This document shows, one piece after another, positions 29,755 through 40,141 of a stretch of DNA of 64,000 nucleotides. Within the stretch, counting starts at the first letter, position 1. Each line of letters opens with the position of its first letter. The notes under the pieces were generated by a model. The model worked only from the letters and a program-made list of their open reading frames with translations, was not told the DNA's origin and searched no databases. Position numbers and translations under genes: made by a program. Source of the stretch: a virus (lineage: Duplodnaviria; Caudoviricetes); IMG/VR virus record IMGVR_UViG_2700989080_000001, positions 1-64,000 of that record. One strand, 5' to 3'.

Positions 29755-30818
29755 GCATAGTCAATAGCGGTACGAATCCGTCGGCCGTTTACGTTGGTGG
29801 GAATGCTGACGTCTTGATTTTGGCTGGTAGCGGAAGCAACGTTCAGGAAGAATTTCCATTCGTTTACAACCTGTCGCTAAGCTACGACTTCGCCAATCCT
29901 CTTGAGGAGAAATGGTTCCCCATTTCCGGATTTGACGGTAGAACGAGCAATGCGTCCACGTTTATGCCGGGTATTGTCATCGGTGGAACTTATCGATCTC
30001 AGGTAAACGCGGATCACACTCATCATATTCGATTGCTCAATCGTCAGATGAATGGGAATGTTTTCAACGTCGAGACTACGATTGCGAATCCGCTATTTTC
30101 TCTGGCGCTTCCATCATACCTGGTTCTTGCCAGCAACCCTTACGGAAACGTGGCTCTTGTTGCAGAGTTCGGTAACAACGGCGTTCGAGTCTTTCCGATC
30201 AGTGGCGCTAGTGTTCAGGCGACATATCGCCATGAAGTCTTCACTACGATTGCTGTCGGAGATAAGCTTCGCATTTCCTGGATCAAGGACTGGGTTACGG
30301 TCTATGTAAACGACGTGAAGATTGAAAGTTTCTACGAACCATATTACCGAGCGAACTTTCGCAATAGGCCTGGGTTTATGTATCCGGGAATTGGGATCTA
30401 TTCCGGACCCAATAGCGTTTGGTCTACCCCGATTGGGAAAGTAACTTTTTCTGGATCGGGATCATCTTCTGGAACTGCTTTGGAAAACGTCGCTCAGGTT
30501 TACATGTCTCACATCGAGATTCCGGTAAACACCTGGGTCGAGGTTGGGCGCGTCAACACAAATCTCGCTGGCGGGTCAACTACGGTGCAATTGGTTGGTG
30601 CTCTTTGGAATACAAACATCTCGACAAGCACCAGGAACTTCAGAGTTTTGGTTAATGGCACGGTTATTGGTACTGTGACCGACCGTAACGGAGGAAGTCT
30701 GAATCTGACTAACGTATCCGTTCCTAGTAATTCGACCGTAACAGTCGAGGCTTACGCCAACTCCGCTACCAACACAAACCGCGTTATTGGTAATGGACTC
30801 GTTCGAGTAGGATTGTAA
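29751..30818 (+). CDS. Minor tail protein (beta-sandwich domains)
   Basis: ATG 29751 overlapping the upstream stop; beta-rich composition. Confidence 0.5.
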   Translation: MSIVNSGTNPSAVYVGGNADVLILAGSGSNVQEEFPFVYNLSLSYDFANPLEEKWFPISGFDGRTSNASTFMPGIVIGGTYRSQVNADHTHHIRLLNRQMNGNVFNVETTIANPLFSLALPSYLVLASNPYGNVALVAEFGNNGVRVFPISGASVQATYRHEVFTTIAVGDKLRISWIKDWVTVYVNDVKIESFYEPYYRANFRNRPGFMYPGIGIYSGPNSVWSTPIGKVTFSGSGSSSGTALENVAQVYMSHIEIPVNTWVEVGRVNTNLAGGSTTVQLVGALWNTNISTSTRNFRVLVNGTVIGTVTDRNGGSLNLTNVSVPSNSTVTVEAYANSATNTNRVIGNGLVRVGL

Positions 30819-30845
30819 CTTCAAAAGGATAGGGCGGGGATTCAC

Positions 30846-31637
30846 ATGCACATCATCTACGCAGACGGTATCGGGAGTAGCGCTCCTGGGCTCACAACCA
30901 GTCAGTCTATTCTGCATAAGGTTGTCGAGCGTCTCATCGAGCATAACCCGATTCATACGGAGTCTCGAGTCAACTGGCCGGCCTCTATGGCCTCGGTTGG
31001 CGGATCTTTCTCTTGGCCGGAAGCGTCGAAGATTGGTGTGGCTGATGTCAACCGCATCATAGACGAACACAGCAATCCCGGAAAGCAGTTCATTCTTCTC
31101 GCTTATTCTGGTGGAAACCGAGTAATCCACGAGTGGATGGAACAGAATCCCGAGAAGCTACACAAGATTGCTGCTGTCGGTCTCATGTCCGATCCTTGGC
31201 GACCTCGCACTCGTCAGCAACATGGACTCCCGCCGACTGTTGGTTGGGGTATCTGTGGCGAGAAGCTTGGACCCATCATCTCTCACACCTTCTGGGTGAG
31301 TGCCCCCGGTGATGCAATCTCCGATGCTCTCCCGGACGCCATCATTCGAACGGCGGCGGATGTCTCCGATGTCATGCCGGGACAGTTCCTCGGAGATCTC
31401 GGAAACCACATCAAGAAGAACGATCTTCAGTTGGCATGGAAGATCGGCGAGATCAAGAAGAATCCACTCGGGTGGTTCATGGGTCTTGGTCCTCGGCTCC
31501 ACCAGGCACGAATCGACATCGAGGGTTACCTGGGTGGAAATCACACCACGGCGTACGTAACGCCTTGGAACGGTGGACTTTCGTTGGCGCATCGACTGGC
31601 CGACACCATCAATTGGCACATCACGCACCCCAACTGA
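30846..31637 (+). CDS. Lysin B-like cutinase/serine esterase
   Basis: V.WPAS, LLAYSGG nucleophile elbow, SDPWRP, GD.IS, C-terminal HTTAY. Confidence 0.75.
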   Translation: MHIIYADGIGSSAPGLTTSQSILHKVVERLIEHNPIHTESRVNWPASMASVGGSFSWPEASKIGVADVNRIIDEHSNPGKQFILLAYSGGNRVIHEWMEQNPEKLHKIAAVGLMSDPWRPRTRQQHGLPPTVGWGICGEKLGPIISHTFWVSAPGDAISDALPDAIIRTAADVSDVMPGQFLGDLGNHIKKNDLQLAWKIGEIKKNPLGWFMGLGPRLHQARIDIEGYLGGNHTTAYVTPWNGGLSLAHRLADTINWHITHPN

Positions 31638-31658
31638 TCTTCAAAGGAGGAAGTTACC

Positions 31659-32039
31659 ATGTCAATCTCATTCCAAACCTCTGGTAGCTTCCAGAACACC
31701 GAGCGGCGTCTTAAGCTCATGTCCAAGCCGGAGATCGGCAGGATCTTGAACACTTATGGCGCCCTCGGTGTTGCCGCCTTGAAGGCTTACACACCGGTTG
31801 ACTCGTCTGCGACCGCCAATGCGTGGTACCACAAAGTGACCAACAAAGGTGGCTCTTGGGAGCTGTCTTGGCACAATCAAAATGGGAGTGCTGACACTCC
31901 AATCGCCATCATGCTTCAGTACGGCCACGGCACCGGTACTGGCGGATACGTTGCGGGGCGTGACTATATCAACCCCGCAATTCGACCCATCTTCGACGCG
32001 ATTAAATCCGCTGTGTGGAAAGAGGTGACACGTAGATGA
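31659..32039 (+). CDS. HK97 gp10-like neck/tail completion protein
   Basis: TPVDS...TA..W...IAIMLQYGHGT..GG...GRDYINPA. Confidence 0.7.
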   Translation: MSISFQTSGSFQNTERRLKLMSKPEIGRILNTYGALGVAALKAYTPVDSSATANAWYHKVTNKGGSWELSWHNQNGSADTPIAIMLQYGHGTGTGGYVAGRDYINPAIRPIFDAIKSAVWKEVTRR

Positions 32040-35000
32040 GCCTCATCGAGGACCTCATTGTCGGAATGAAGTTCGACAATAAGCAGTTCGAAGCTGGCGC
32101 CAGAATCACTATGGCGACTTTGGCCCAGCTCAAGGGCAGCATGAACTTCACCGGTGCGAGCAAGGGCATCGACGATGTTCAAGCTTCGGTCAACCGCTTT
32201 TCGATGGACAGCGCCGGAGCGGGCGTTGACACCTTCAGCGCTAAGTTCGTTGCTTTGTCGACTGTCGCTATCACAGCGTTGTCGAACATTACTAACCGGG
32301 CTATTGATGCCGGAATCAACATCGCCAAGGCTCTTACTGTCACACCCATCAAGGATGGTTTTGATGAGTACGAGCTGAAGATGGGTTCTATTCAGACCAT
32401 CATGGCCAATACGGCGAAAGAGTATGGGGATGACAAGGCTGCTGGTCTGCGGAATGTTACCGCCAGCCTTGACGAGCTGAATACTTACGCCGACAAGACC
32501 ATTTACAACTTCGGCGACATGACCAAGAACATCGGTCTGTTCACCAACGCTGGCATCGGCGTCAAAGACGCTACCACGATGATTAAAGGCTTCTCTAACG
32601 AAGCCGCCGCATCAGGCACCAGCGCTCAGGGTGCTGCTGGCGCTGCTTACCAGCTCTCCCAGGCTCTTTCTGCTGGTCAGATTACCCTCATGGACTGGCG
32701 CTCACTGACTAACGTCGGTATGGGTAACAAGAACATGCAGGAAGGCATTGTCGATATTGCTCAGGCTATGGGCGAGCTCGACAAGGCTGGTGTCACCTCG
32801 AAGTCCGTTCTCGAGGACTTCAACGGCTCACTTGAGAAGAAGTGGCTCAAGGCCGACGTTATGCAGAACTACCTGAAGATTCAGGCGGGCGAGCTTAACG
32901 CTGAGCAGATGAAGACCCTTGGTCTTACCGACGAACAGATCAGCAAATTCCAAAGGCAATCAGAAACGGCCTTTGAGGCTGCAACAAAGGTTCGAACCTG
33001 GACCCAGCTTGTCGGAACGATCAAGGAAGGCGTCGGGTCTTCCTGGTCAGAGACCGCCGACCTCATCATTGGCGACTTCGATCAGGCCACCGAGCTCTTC
33101 ACCGGCATCATGGACAAGATCGAACCCATTATCGGTGGCATGGGCGATGCTCGTAACAAGCTGCTCGAGGGTTGGGCTAAGGATGGCGGTCGAGACGCTT
33201 TCGTCGCCAGCATATTCAATGTTATCGACGCTCTTACGTCGGTCATTAAGCCGATCAAGGAAGCGTTCCAAAACATCTTCCCGCCGGCCACATCGGCGAC
33301 TCTTATTTCCATGACCGTCGCGATCAAGAACTTCACAGAGAAGCTCAAGATCGGTGGCGAAACGGCTGACAAGCTGAAGCGAACCTTCTCTGGCGTATTC
33401 GCCATTTTGGGTATCGGTTGGGAGATCGTCAAGGGTGTCGCCAGCGTATTCGGTAAGCTCTTCGGTGCTGTCGGTTCTGGTAGCGGCGGCTTCTTGTCGC
33501 TCACAGCCAAGATCGGTGATTTCCTCACCAAGATTCATGCGGGCATCAAGAGTGGTGGACTCTTCACAAAGATATTCGAAGTTCTCGGTACGGTTCTCGC
33601 CGTTCCGATTAAGATCTTCGGAAACCTGACTGAGGCCGTCGCAAACTTCTTTGGCGCTCTAGGTAATCTCGGTGGAGCCATTGGTCAGGTCTACGGCATT
33701 CTCGCCAAGGGTGACTTCAAGGGTGGTCCTTTCTCCGAGGACTCGAAGATTGTCGATATTCTCTTCAGGATTCGAGAAGCATTCGAGGTTGTTGGTTCTG
33801 CAGTAAGTCAGTTCTGGAACATCCTTGCCAAGGGTGACTTCGTCAGTGGTGTGTTTGGCGAAGACTCGGCGATCGTTGACGGACTCTTCAAGTTCCGCGA
33901 CATGATCAAAGATTTCTTCTCCCCGGGCAACCTGACCAAGATGCTCGGTATTGGTGCTGGCGGCGGTCTTGCTGTTGCCATTGGCATGCTCCTGAAGAAG
34001 GGCATCAAGTTCGGCGTCGACGATTCCGAAGGTGGAATGTTCGACACGATCAAGGGTATGTTTGCGGGAATCAAGGGCACGTTCGAAAGTGTTTCGGGCG
34101 TTCTTGACAGCTTGACCGGTTCTCTTACGGCCATGCAGAACAACATCAAGGCGACAGTTCTCCTCAAGATTGCTGCTGCCGTTGGTCTGTTGGCACTTTC
34201 TGTCAAGCTGCTCTCGACGATTGATGCCGGTGATCTTGCCAAGTCGATGGCTGCTATTGCCACTGGTTTTGGTATGCTGCTCGGCGCCATGACGGTCATG
34301 TCGAAGATTTCCGGTGCCGGTGGCTTGGCTACATTCCCTGCCATCGCAGCGGGAATGATGCTCATGTCCGGCGCAATCCTTATTCTCGCCGCAGCCGCCA
34401 AGGTTTTTGCGTCAATGGAGTGGGACGAGATTCTAAGAGGTCTCGTTGGCGTCGGTGTCACGATGGGTCTGCTTGTCGGTGCGGCATACGGTCTCGGTAA
34501 AGCCGAGGGTCCGATGCTTCGTGCTGGTCTTGCTATGATTCCGTTGGCTATCGGCATTCGAATCTTGGCTACGGCAATCAAGGCTATGGGTGATATTCAG
34601 TGGCCTGAGCTCATCAGAGGTCTGACTGGACTCACCGTGTCGTTGGCTGCGATCACTCTGGCGTTGCGCTACATGCCGGAGAACATGCCTGCGATCGGTT
34701 TGGGTCTCACCCTTGTCGGCGCCGGCTTGTTGGTTATTGCTACGGCAGTCAAGCAGATGGGCAATACCGACACCGATGTCCTGGTCAAGGGACTCATCGG
34801 TATATCTGCAGCGCTCGCGGCTATTACGTTGGCGCTAAGGTTCATGCCGAAGAACATGCCGTCCATCGGCTTCGGTCTCATCATGGTTGCTGGTGCTCTC
34901 CAGCTTATTACTGGTGCGATCAAGACGATGGGCGGCATGGAGTGGGAAGAGCTGATTAGAGGGCTTGTTGGTCTTGGTGGTGCAATGGCCATCATGACTA

Positions 35001-37891
35001 TCGCTCTATCGCTCATGAGCGGAACTCTCGCCGGTTCGGCAGCCCTCATGGTTGCTTCGCTGGCGTTGGCCATGCTTATTCCTCCGTTGATGTTGCTTTC
35101 GGCAATGTCTTGGCAGGACCTGCTCACAGGTCTTGGTGGACTGGCCGGCATATTCACGGTCATCGGTCTAGCTGGTTTGCTGTTGACTCCGGTTCTCCCA
35201 GCCATCCTCGGTTTGGGTGCAGCAATGGCTATGATCGGTGTGGGTATGGTTGCCGTCGGTGCCGGAGCATTGCTCTTCTCGATGGCGTTGACTGCGGTCG
35301 TCAATGTTCTTGCTCTTGGTAAGACGGCCCTAGTCAATCTGGCAGATACCTTCCCGCTATTGGCAACAAGATTCGGTGAGGCCATGACGGCTTTTATCGT
35401 TTCTCTCGGCGCCAATGCTGGTAAGATCGTCGGTGCATTCAAGGACCTCTTGGTCAAGATGCTCGACGCAGTCATCGAGATCGCCCCGAAGATCGGGCAA
35501 ACGGTAAGTACGCTTCTCCAAACCTTCTTGCAGCTGATCATCGACAATGCGCCGATGATTGGTGCGGCGTTCTCGACTCTTATTCAGACGCTTCTCAACA
35601 TCGTTACTGAGAATGCGCCTAAAATTTGGGATGCGGGCTTCAATCTGATCACGGGATTCCTTGGAACCATTCGCGATCGAGTCCCAGAGATTGTCACAAT
35701 CGCAACCGATATTATTGTCAACTTCATCAACGCGATTTCAAACAATCTCCCCCGAATTGTTCAGGCTGGCTTCGATCTCGTCATCAACTTCCTGAATAGT
35801 CTCGCTAACTCGATTCGAGCAAACAGCGGGTTGGTTACCGACGCTGCATTGAATGTTGCTGACGCAATCATCGATGGTATGGTTCAGGGCATTTCTCGAG
35901 GCATCGGTCGTGTGGTTGACGCCGCAAAGAACATGGCATCGAACGCTCTTAACGCAGCCAAGAATTTCCTCGGTATCAATTCACCGTCGAAGGAATTCCG
36001 CTATATTGGTGAGTGGGTTGGCGAAGGTTTCGTTCAGGGTATGGAGCGAAGCGAACCCCACGTCAAAATGGGAGCCATTTCCCTGGCCAAGACGGCTCTC
36101 AATGCTACGCAGCATGAGCTTCGTGGTATTTCGAGCATGTTCCAAGAAGCCATGAGCATTCTGTTCGATGGCGACTTCAAGGGTATTGGTCCTTGGCAGG
36201 AAGACGATCCGATCGTCAACACCCTCTTCAATATTCGTGAGGGTCTCGCTGGAATCGGTGGGGCTGCTCAGGAAGTCTGGAGCATTCTCGGAAGTGGCGA
36301 TTTCCAGGGAGTCGGTCCTTGGGAGGAAGACGACCCGATCGTCGATACGCTGTTCAATATTCGTGCGGGTCTCTCCGGCATTGGTGCTGTAGCAACAAGC
36401 GTCTTTAGCATTCTCGGTAAGGGCAAGTTTGTCAGCACCGGCGGAATTCTGGAAGAAGATTCTCCGATTGTCGATACGCTGTTCAATATTCGTGAAGGCT
36501 TCGAAGCTATCCAAGGCTCTGCCAAGGAAGCTTGGAGTATCTTGACGGAGAACGACTTCAAGGGTATCGGTCCTTGGGATGAAGACTCCCCGATTGTTGA
36601 TACGCTCTTCAACATTCGTAAGGGGTTCGAAGACTTCCAGGATGTTGGTCAGGACGCCATCCAGGGTCTGATCAACGGTCTTCAGGACGGCGCCAACAAC
36701 GTCGCGAAGGCTGCACACGATATTGCGACGGGTGCTCTGGACTCGGCAAAGACGGCACTCGGCATTCGTTCTCCCTCGCGGGAGTTCAAGAAGGTCGGTG
36801 ACGACTCGGTCCAGGGTCTCGTCAATGGCGTCAACGACGGTCTGGACAAGGTCGAGAAGTCCGGCGAGAACATGGCGACGAAGCTCTTCGGCGGCTTCAC
36901 CAAGAGTATTGGTACGGGCATGCCCGATGTCGTCGAATCAATCGTCAAGGTTCTCAAGAGTGGTGAGGGCGACCTCAACATTGGTGGTCCGAATGCTCCA
37001 CTCACGTGGCAGCTGAAGGGCTTGAACCAGGCACTCAAGCAGACCGATCTGCAGCTGGCTATATTCTTCGGCGCTGTCGATGCGGCAGACCCGAAGGCTC
37101 TCGAAGAGTATGTCGAGAAGGCCGCAAACAACCTCACGTTCCTTGCAGGTATCCTGGACGGTTTGGCTAGCTCTGCTAATCAGGCGTTCGCGAAGCTCAA
37201 GGAAGGCGAGACGCTCGACAAGGTTATCGGTAATGAGGACTTCCTCAGCGGGATTCTCAATGCCGTCTTGTCTCTCGTCCCTGGCGTTGAGGGTGCAGCT
37301 ATTCGACTGGGCGTTACCCTTGTGAATGGTCTGTTTGGAGCTATATTCGGAGAGACCCTTCTCGGGATGCTTGGTAACTTTGTTCAGAAGGCAATCCAAA
37401 CGGTTGCCGGCTGGTTCGGTATCAAGTTCCCCGTGAAGGAAGAGATCAAGGAAGGCGAGAAGGCGCTCGACGACTTCATCGTCAAGGTCGAAGGTGGCGT
37501 TGGCAGGTTCAATAAGCTGACCGAAGAGGGAGTGAAGGCTCTGACCAACACTCTCGTCGGTGTCAACGCCGCGGTCGACGAGATCAACACCCAGCCGAAG
37601 ATCACGCCTGTCCTTGAACTGAAGCAATTCAACAGGGACAGCGCTAGTATGCTCGATGGCCTCAACTCTGCGTCTATATCTTTGGATACATCTGCAGGGA
37701 AGGCTGACACGCTCTTCAACAAGCAGCGTGAGTTCGCTGAGAACCAATCTATCGTCGAGCCGGTTCAGCCGAACATCAACATCGAGTACAACCAGACGAA
37801 CAATTCACCGAAGCCCATTAGTCATGTCGAGGTCTTCCGACAGACTAAGAGCCAACTATCACTGACTAAGGAGGCGTTGAAGGTATCATGA
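32036..37891 (+). CDS. Tape measure protein
   Basis: 1951 aa, Ala/Gly-rich helical, hydrophobic central repeats, GINSPS/GIRSPS motifs. Confidence 0.92.
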   Translation: MSLIEDLIVGMKFDNKQFEAGARITMATLAQLKGSMNFTGASKGIDDVQASVNRFSMDSAGAGVDTFSAKFVALSTVAITALSNITNRAIDAGINIAKALTVTPIKDGFDEYELKMGSIQTIMANTAKEYGDDKAAGLRNVTASLDELNTYADKTIYNFGDMTKNIGLFTNAGIGVKDATTMIKGFSNEAAASGTSAQGAAGAAYQLSQALSAGQITLMDWRSLTNVGMGNKNMQEGIVDIAQAMGELDKAGVTSKSVLEDFNGSLEKKWLKADVMQNYLKIQAGELNAEQMKTLGLTDEQISKFQRQSETAFEAATKVRTWTQLVGTIKEGVGSSWSETADLIIGDFDQATELFTGIMDKIEPIIGGMGDARNKLLEGWAKDGGRDAFVASIFNVIDALTSVIKPIKEAFQNIFPPATSATLISMTVAIKNFTEKLKIGGETADKLKRTFSGVFAILGIGWEIVKGVASVFGKLFGAVGSGSGGFLSLTAKIGDFLTKIHAGIKSGGLFTKIFEVLGTVLAVPIKIFGNLTEAVANFFGALGNLGGAIGQVYGILAKGDFKGGPFSEDSKIVDILFRIREAFEVVGSAVSQFWNILAKGDFVSGVFGEDSAIVDGLFKFRDMIKDFFSPGNLTKMLGIGAGGGLAVAIGMLLKKGIKFGVDDSEGGMFDTIKGMFAGIKGTFESVSGVLDSLTGSLTAMQNNIKATVLLKIAAAVGLLALSVKLLSTIDAGDLAKSMAAIATGFGMLLGAMTVMSKISGAGGLATFPAIAAGMMLMSGAILILAAAAKVFASMEWDEILRGLVGVGVTMGLLVGAAYGLGKAEGPMLRAGLAMIPLAIGIRILATAIKAMGDIQWPELIRGLTGLTVSLAAITLALRYMPENMPAIGLGLTLVGAGLLVIATAVKQMGNTDTDVLVKGLIGISAALAAITLALRFMPKNMPSIGFGLIMVAGALQLITGAIKTMGGMEWEELIRGLVGLGGAMAIMTIALSLMSGTLAGSAALMVASLALAMLIPPLMLLSAMSWQDLLTGLGGLAGIFTVIGLAGLLLTPVLPAILGLGAAMAMIGVGMVAVGAGALLFSMALTAVVNVLALGKTALVNLADTFPLLATRFGEAMTAFIVSLGANAGKIVGAFKDLLVKMLDAVIEIAPKIGQTVSTLLQTFLQLIIDNAPMIGAAFSTLIQTLLNIVTENAPKIWDAGFNLITGFLGTIRDRVPEIVTIATDIIVNFINAISNNLPRIVQAGFDLVINFLNSLANSIRANSGLVTDAALNVADAIIDGMVQGISRGIGRVVDAAKNMASNALNAAKNFLGINSPSKEFRYIGEWVGEGFVQGMERSEPHVKMGAISLAKTALNATQHELRGISSMFQEAMSILFDGDFKGIGPWQEDDPIVNTLFNIREGLAGIGGAAQEVWSILGSGDFQGVGPWEEDDPIVDTLFNIRAGLSGIGAVATSVFSILGKGKFVSTGGILEEDSPIVDTLFNIREGFEAIQGSAKEAWSILTENDFKGIGPWDEDSPIVDTLFNIRKGFEDFQDVGQDAIQGLINGLQDGANNVAKAAHDIATGALDSAKTALGIRSPSREFKKVGDDSVQGLVNGVNDGLDKVEKSGENMATKLFGGFTKSIGTGMPDVVESIVKVLKSGEGDLNIGGPNAPLTWQLKGLNQALKQTDLQLAIFFGAVDAADPKALEEYVEKAANNLTFLAGILDGLASSANQAFAKLKEGETLDKVIGNEDFLSGILNAVLSLVPGVEGAAIRLGVTLVNGLFGAIFGETLLGMLGNFVQKAIQTVAGWFGIKFPVKEEIKEGEKALDDFIVKVEGGVGRFNKLTEEGVKALTNTLVGVNAAVDEINTQPKITPVLELKQFNRDSASMLDGLNSASISLDTSAGKADTLFNKQREFAENQSIVEPVQPNINIEYNQTNNSPKPISHVEVFRQTKSQLSLTKEALKVS

Positions 37892-38715
37892 AGTTTGACA
37901 AAGTTATATTGGCCGGCGCAACGCCTATCACTCTGTTCGATCACAAGAACCCACGTTCTACGCCATACACAACGAGGACGATTGATGGTCTGGGTCCAAC
38001 AGAGGTTAACGTCGCTCTTGCACAGAACCTCGAAGGTGGGGGTCTGTATATTGGGCGACGTCCTCAGCTCCGTGAGATCACTGTAAATGCTTCTCTGAAC
38101 CCGGACTACACTATTGGACAAACGCCGGAGAAACTGAGAGAAGATATTTACCGGCTGGTTCCGGTGAACAGAGATCGATCGCTGGACTTCTGTCTATTGC
38201 TGAACGGCGAGGAACTTGCAATCACGCCTGTGTACGTCAAGCGTGTGGATGTCTCGCCGTTCAGCAAGGACACGTTGTTCCAGATCGTTCTTGCTTCGAC
38301 GTCGGAGTACTTTGCCAAGAGGGTTCCGATCCTTAACGAGGCTCCGGACTTCAACCTTCTGAACCCGAACTTTGTCAACGTTGGGTCTGCCCCCAGCGGT
38401 TTCCGAGTTCGGGTTCGGTTCACCGGGGCGGCAACGCAGTTTGGATTCTATCGATTCAATCTGCCTGACCGCATGCTCGTCACGTACAACTTCCAAGCGA
38501 ACGATATTCTGGAGATCAACACAAACCAAGGCAGTCGTGGTGTGTGGTTGACGCGTGGTGGCGTCGTATCCAGTCTTATCGGATCGCTCAGTACGGATTC
38601 GACCTGGCTCACTATGGAGTCCGGCGACAATCCACTCGTGACGTACGTCGGTATCGGAACACCACAGTTCACTTGGCAGCAATTCGAGTATCGCCCTAAG
38701 TATCTGGGAGTGTGA
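37888..38715 (+). CDS. Distal tail protein
   Basis: Directly after TMP; size and composition typical. Confidence 0.65.
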   Translation: MKFDKVILAGATPITLFDHKNPRSTPYTTRTIDGLGPTEVNVALAQNLEGGGLYIGRRPQLREITVNASLNPDYTIGQTPEKLREDIYRLVPVNRDRSLDFCLLLNGEELAITPVYVKRVDVSPFSKDTLFQIVLASTSEYFAKRVPILNEAPDFNLLNPNFVNVGSAPSGFRVRVRFTGAATQFGFYRFNLPDRMLVTYNFQANDILEINTNQGSRGVWLTRGGVVSSLIGSLSTDSTWLTMESGDNPLVTYVGIGTPQFTWQQFEYRPKYLGV

Positions 38716-38718
38716 TTC

Positions 38719-40113
38719 ATGGATCTCGTAACTCTCAAAGATTGGGTGTATCCGACGATACCCACCCATCCGTGGTACGTTCCGGACGATGCTGTCGGTC
38801 GCCACAGTGATCCGCTATATTCGACACCGTCTCCGAAGCAGCCCGGAGTCTACACGCCTCTGAATCTCGTCGAGGGTTATACGTCGCTCATTTGGAAAGA
38901 GAGCTTCGCCGGCACCAACGGTACTTTCGAGCTCAAAACCTACGACATCCAAAAGACCCTCGATGCGCTTCCGAAGTGGACTCTGGTCAGTCTTCTCGAC
39001 ACGGACGAAGTCTACATCGTCACGACTCGCCATATTGGTACGGACGAAGGCGGCGTGGACACGCTTACGGTCTCTGGCGTGAGCATCCTGAAGTTTCTTC
39101 TCGAAAACCGAATCACTTGGGCGTATGATCCGTCAGTTCCGACGGCTATTCGCGCGACCAACGTGAATCTGAACTTCAGGATTCCAGACCACATGGCGTT
39201 TATATTGTGGGCGGGGCTTGTGTTCCCTTTTCGCGAAGGTGGCGTCAATGGCGGAAAGCCCTTCGAGCTGCCGTACGACATAACGGTTCCTCACTCGGCA
39301 ATCTCACAAAGTTTGTATGATCCCACAAAGGGCGATCTATATACGACTGAGTGGCCTCCGCCGATCGAGTCTCGAATCACTTCGGTAAACGATCTCATGG
39401 CGTTGACACAGCGGTTCGGCGTCAGAACCATCCGCCCAAGAGGTGCGACGGCGCTGATCTACAAACCTTCGTTGACGTCAAAGTTCGGTGAGTACGACCC
39501 TCCGGTGTTGCAAACGAACATCGACAAGATGTTGTTCGACGTATACGAGGGTCTCGACCGAACCAAAGCCGATGTGAATCGAATTGTGTTCCGCTACGAC
39601 GCAGGCGATATTCTCAACTCCGAGTTCTTGGACTCAATCGAGACGTTCAAGAATGCGGTCAACTCGCATGCCGAAGTGGATCCGGCCAAAACCGCGTTCC
39701 AAGGCATGTTCCCGCCGCATATTTCCAAGGTCCATTACGCAACGGGATTGCCGGGAAGTACTCTGGAAGACACGGTGAAGCCGGGAACTCGTTTCTTGAT
39801 GGGTGAGGTTGCTTCAACGGCCGACTTGAAGAACTACAACCTCAATGCGGCTACGTCAGCACGCATGTCTGCCGATGCATACAAGTATCTGAAAGACAAC
39901 AAGCGTATCGACATGCTGACTGCCGATATTTCGCCTGACACGCAGTACAAGTACAAAGTGCACTACAACCTCGGCGACATTGTCTACGTGCAAGGGAAGT
40001 ACGGCGGACTGCAGAAGATGGTTGTCTCCGAATACACCCGCACATCCGAGAACATCGGTGAGAGCGGATACCCAACCCTTGTACGATGGGAGGATCCAAG
40101 TGGCAGCACCTAA
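38719..40113 (+). CDS. Minor tail/baseplate hub protein
   Basis: SLIW.E...G.FEL and YNLGDIV motifs. Confidence 0.7.
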   Translation: MDLVTLKDWVYPTIPTHPWYVPDDAVGRHSDPLYSTPSPKQPGVYTPLNLVEGYTSLIWKESFAGTNGTFELKTYDIQKTLDALPKWTLVSLLDTDEVYIVTTRHIGTDEGGVDTLTVSGVSILKFLLENRITWAYDPSVPTAIRATNVNLNFRIPDHMAFILWAGLVFPFREGGVNGGKPFELPYDITVPHSAISQSLYDPTKGDLYTTEWPPPIESRITSVNDLMALTQRFGVRTIRPRGATALIYKPSLTSKFGEYDPPVLQTNIDKMLFDVYEGLDRTKADVNRIVFRYDAGDILNSEFLDSIETFKNAVNSHAEVDPAKTAFQGMFPPHISKVHYATGLPGSTLEDTVKPGTRFLMGEVASTADLKNYNLNAATSARMSADAYKYLKDNKRIDMLTADISPDTQYKYKVHYNLGDIVYVQGKYGGLQKMVVSEYTRTSENIGESGYPTLVRWEDPSGST

Positions 40114-40141
40114 TTCTTGTCAGTGGGAAGGAGGTGAACTT

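Larger units (their letters stand above)
6647..36074 (+). repeat. Dispersed motif (G/A)TCAAAATGG(GAG)
   Basis: Copies at 6647, 9960, 13732, 16590, 18967, 21016, 27959, 31876, 36062. Confidence 0.85.
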
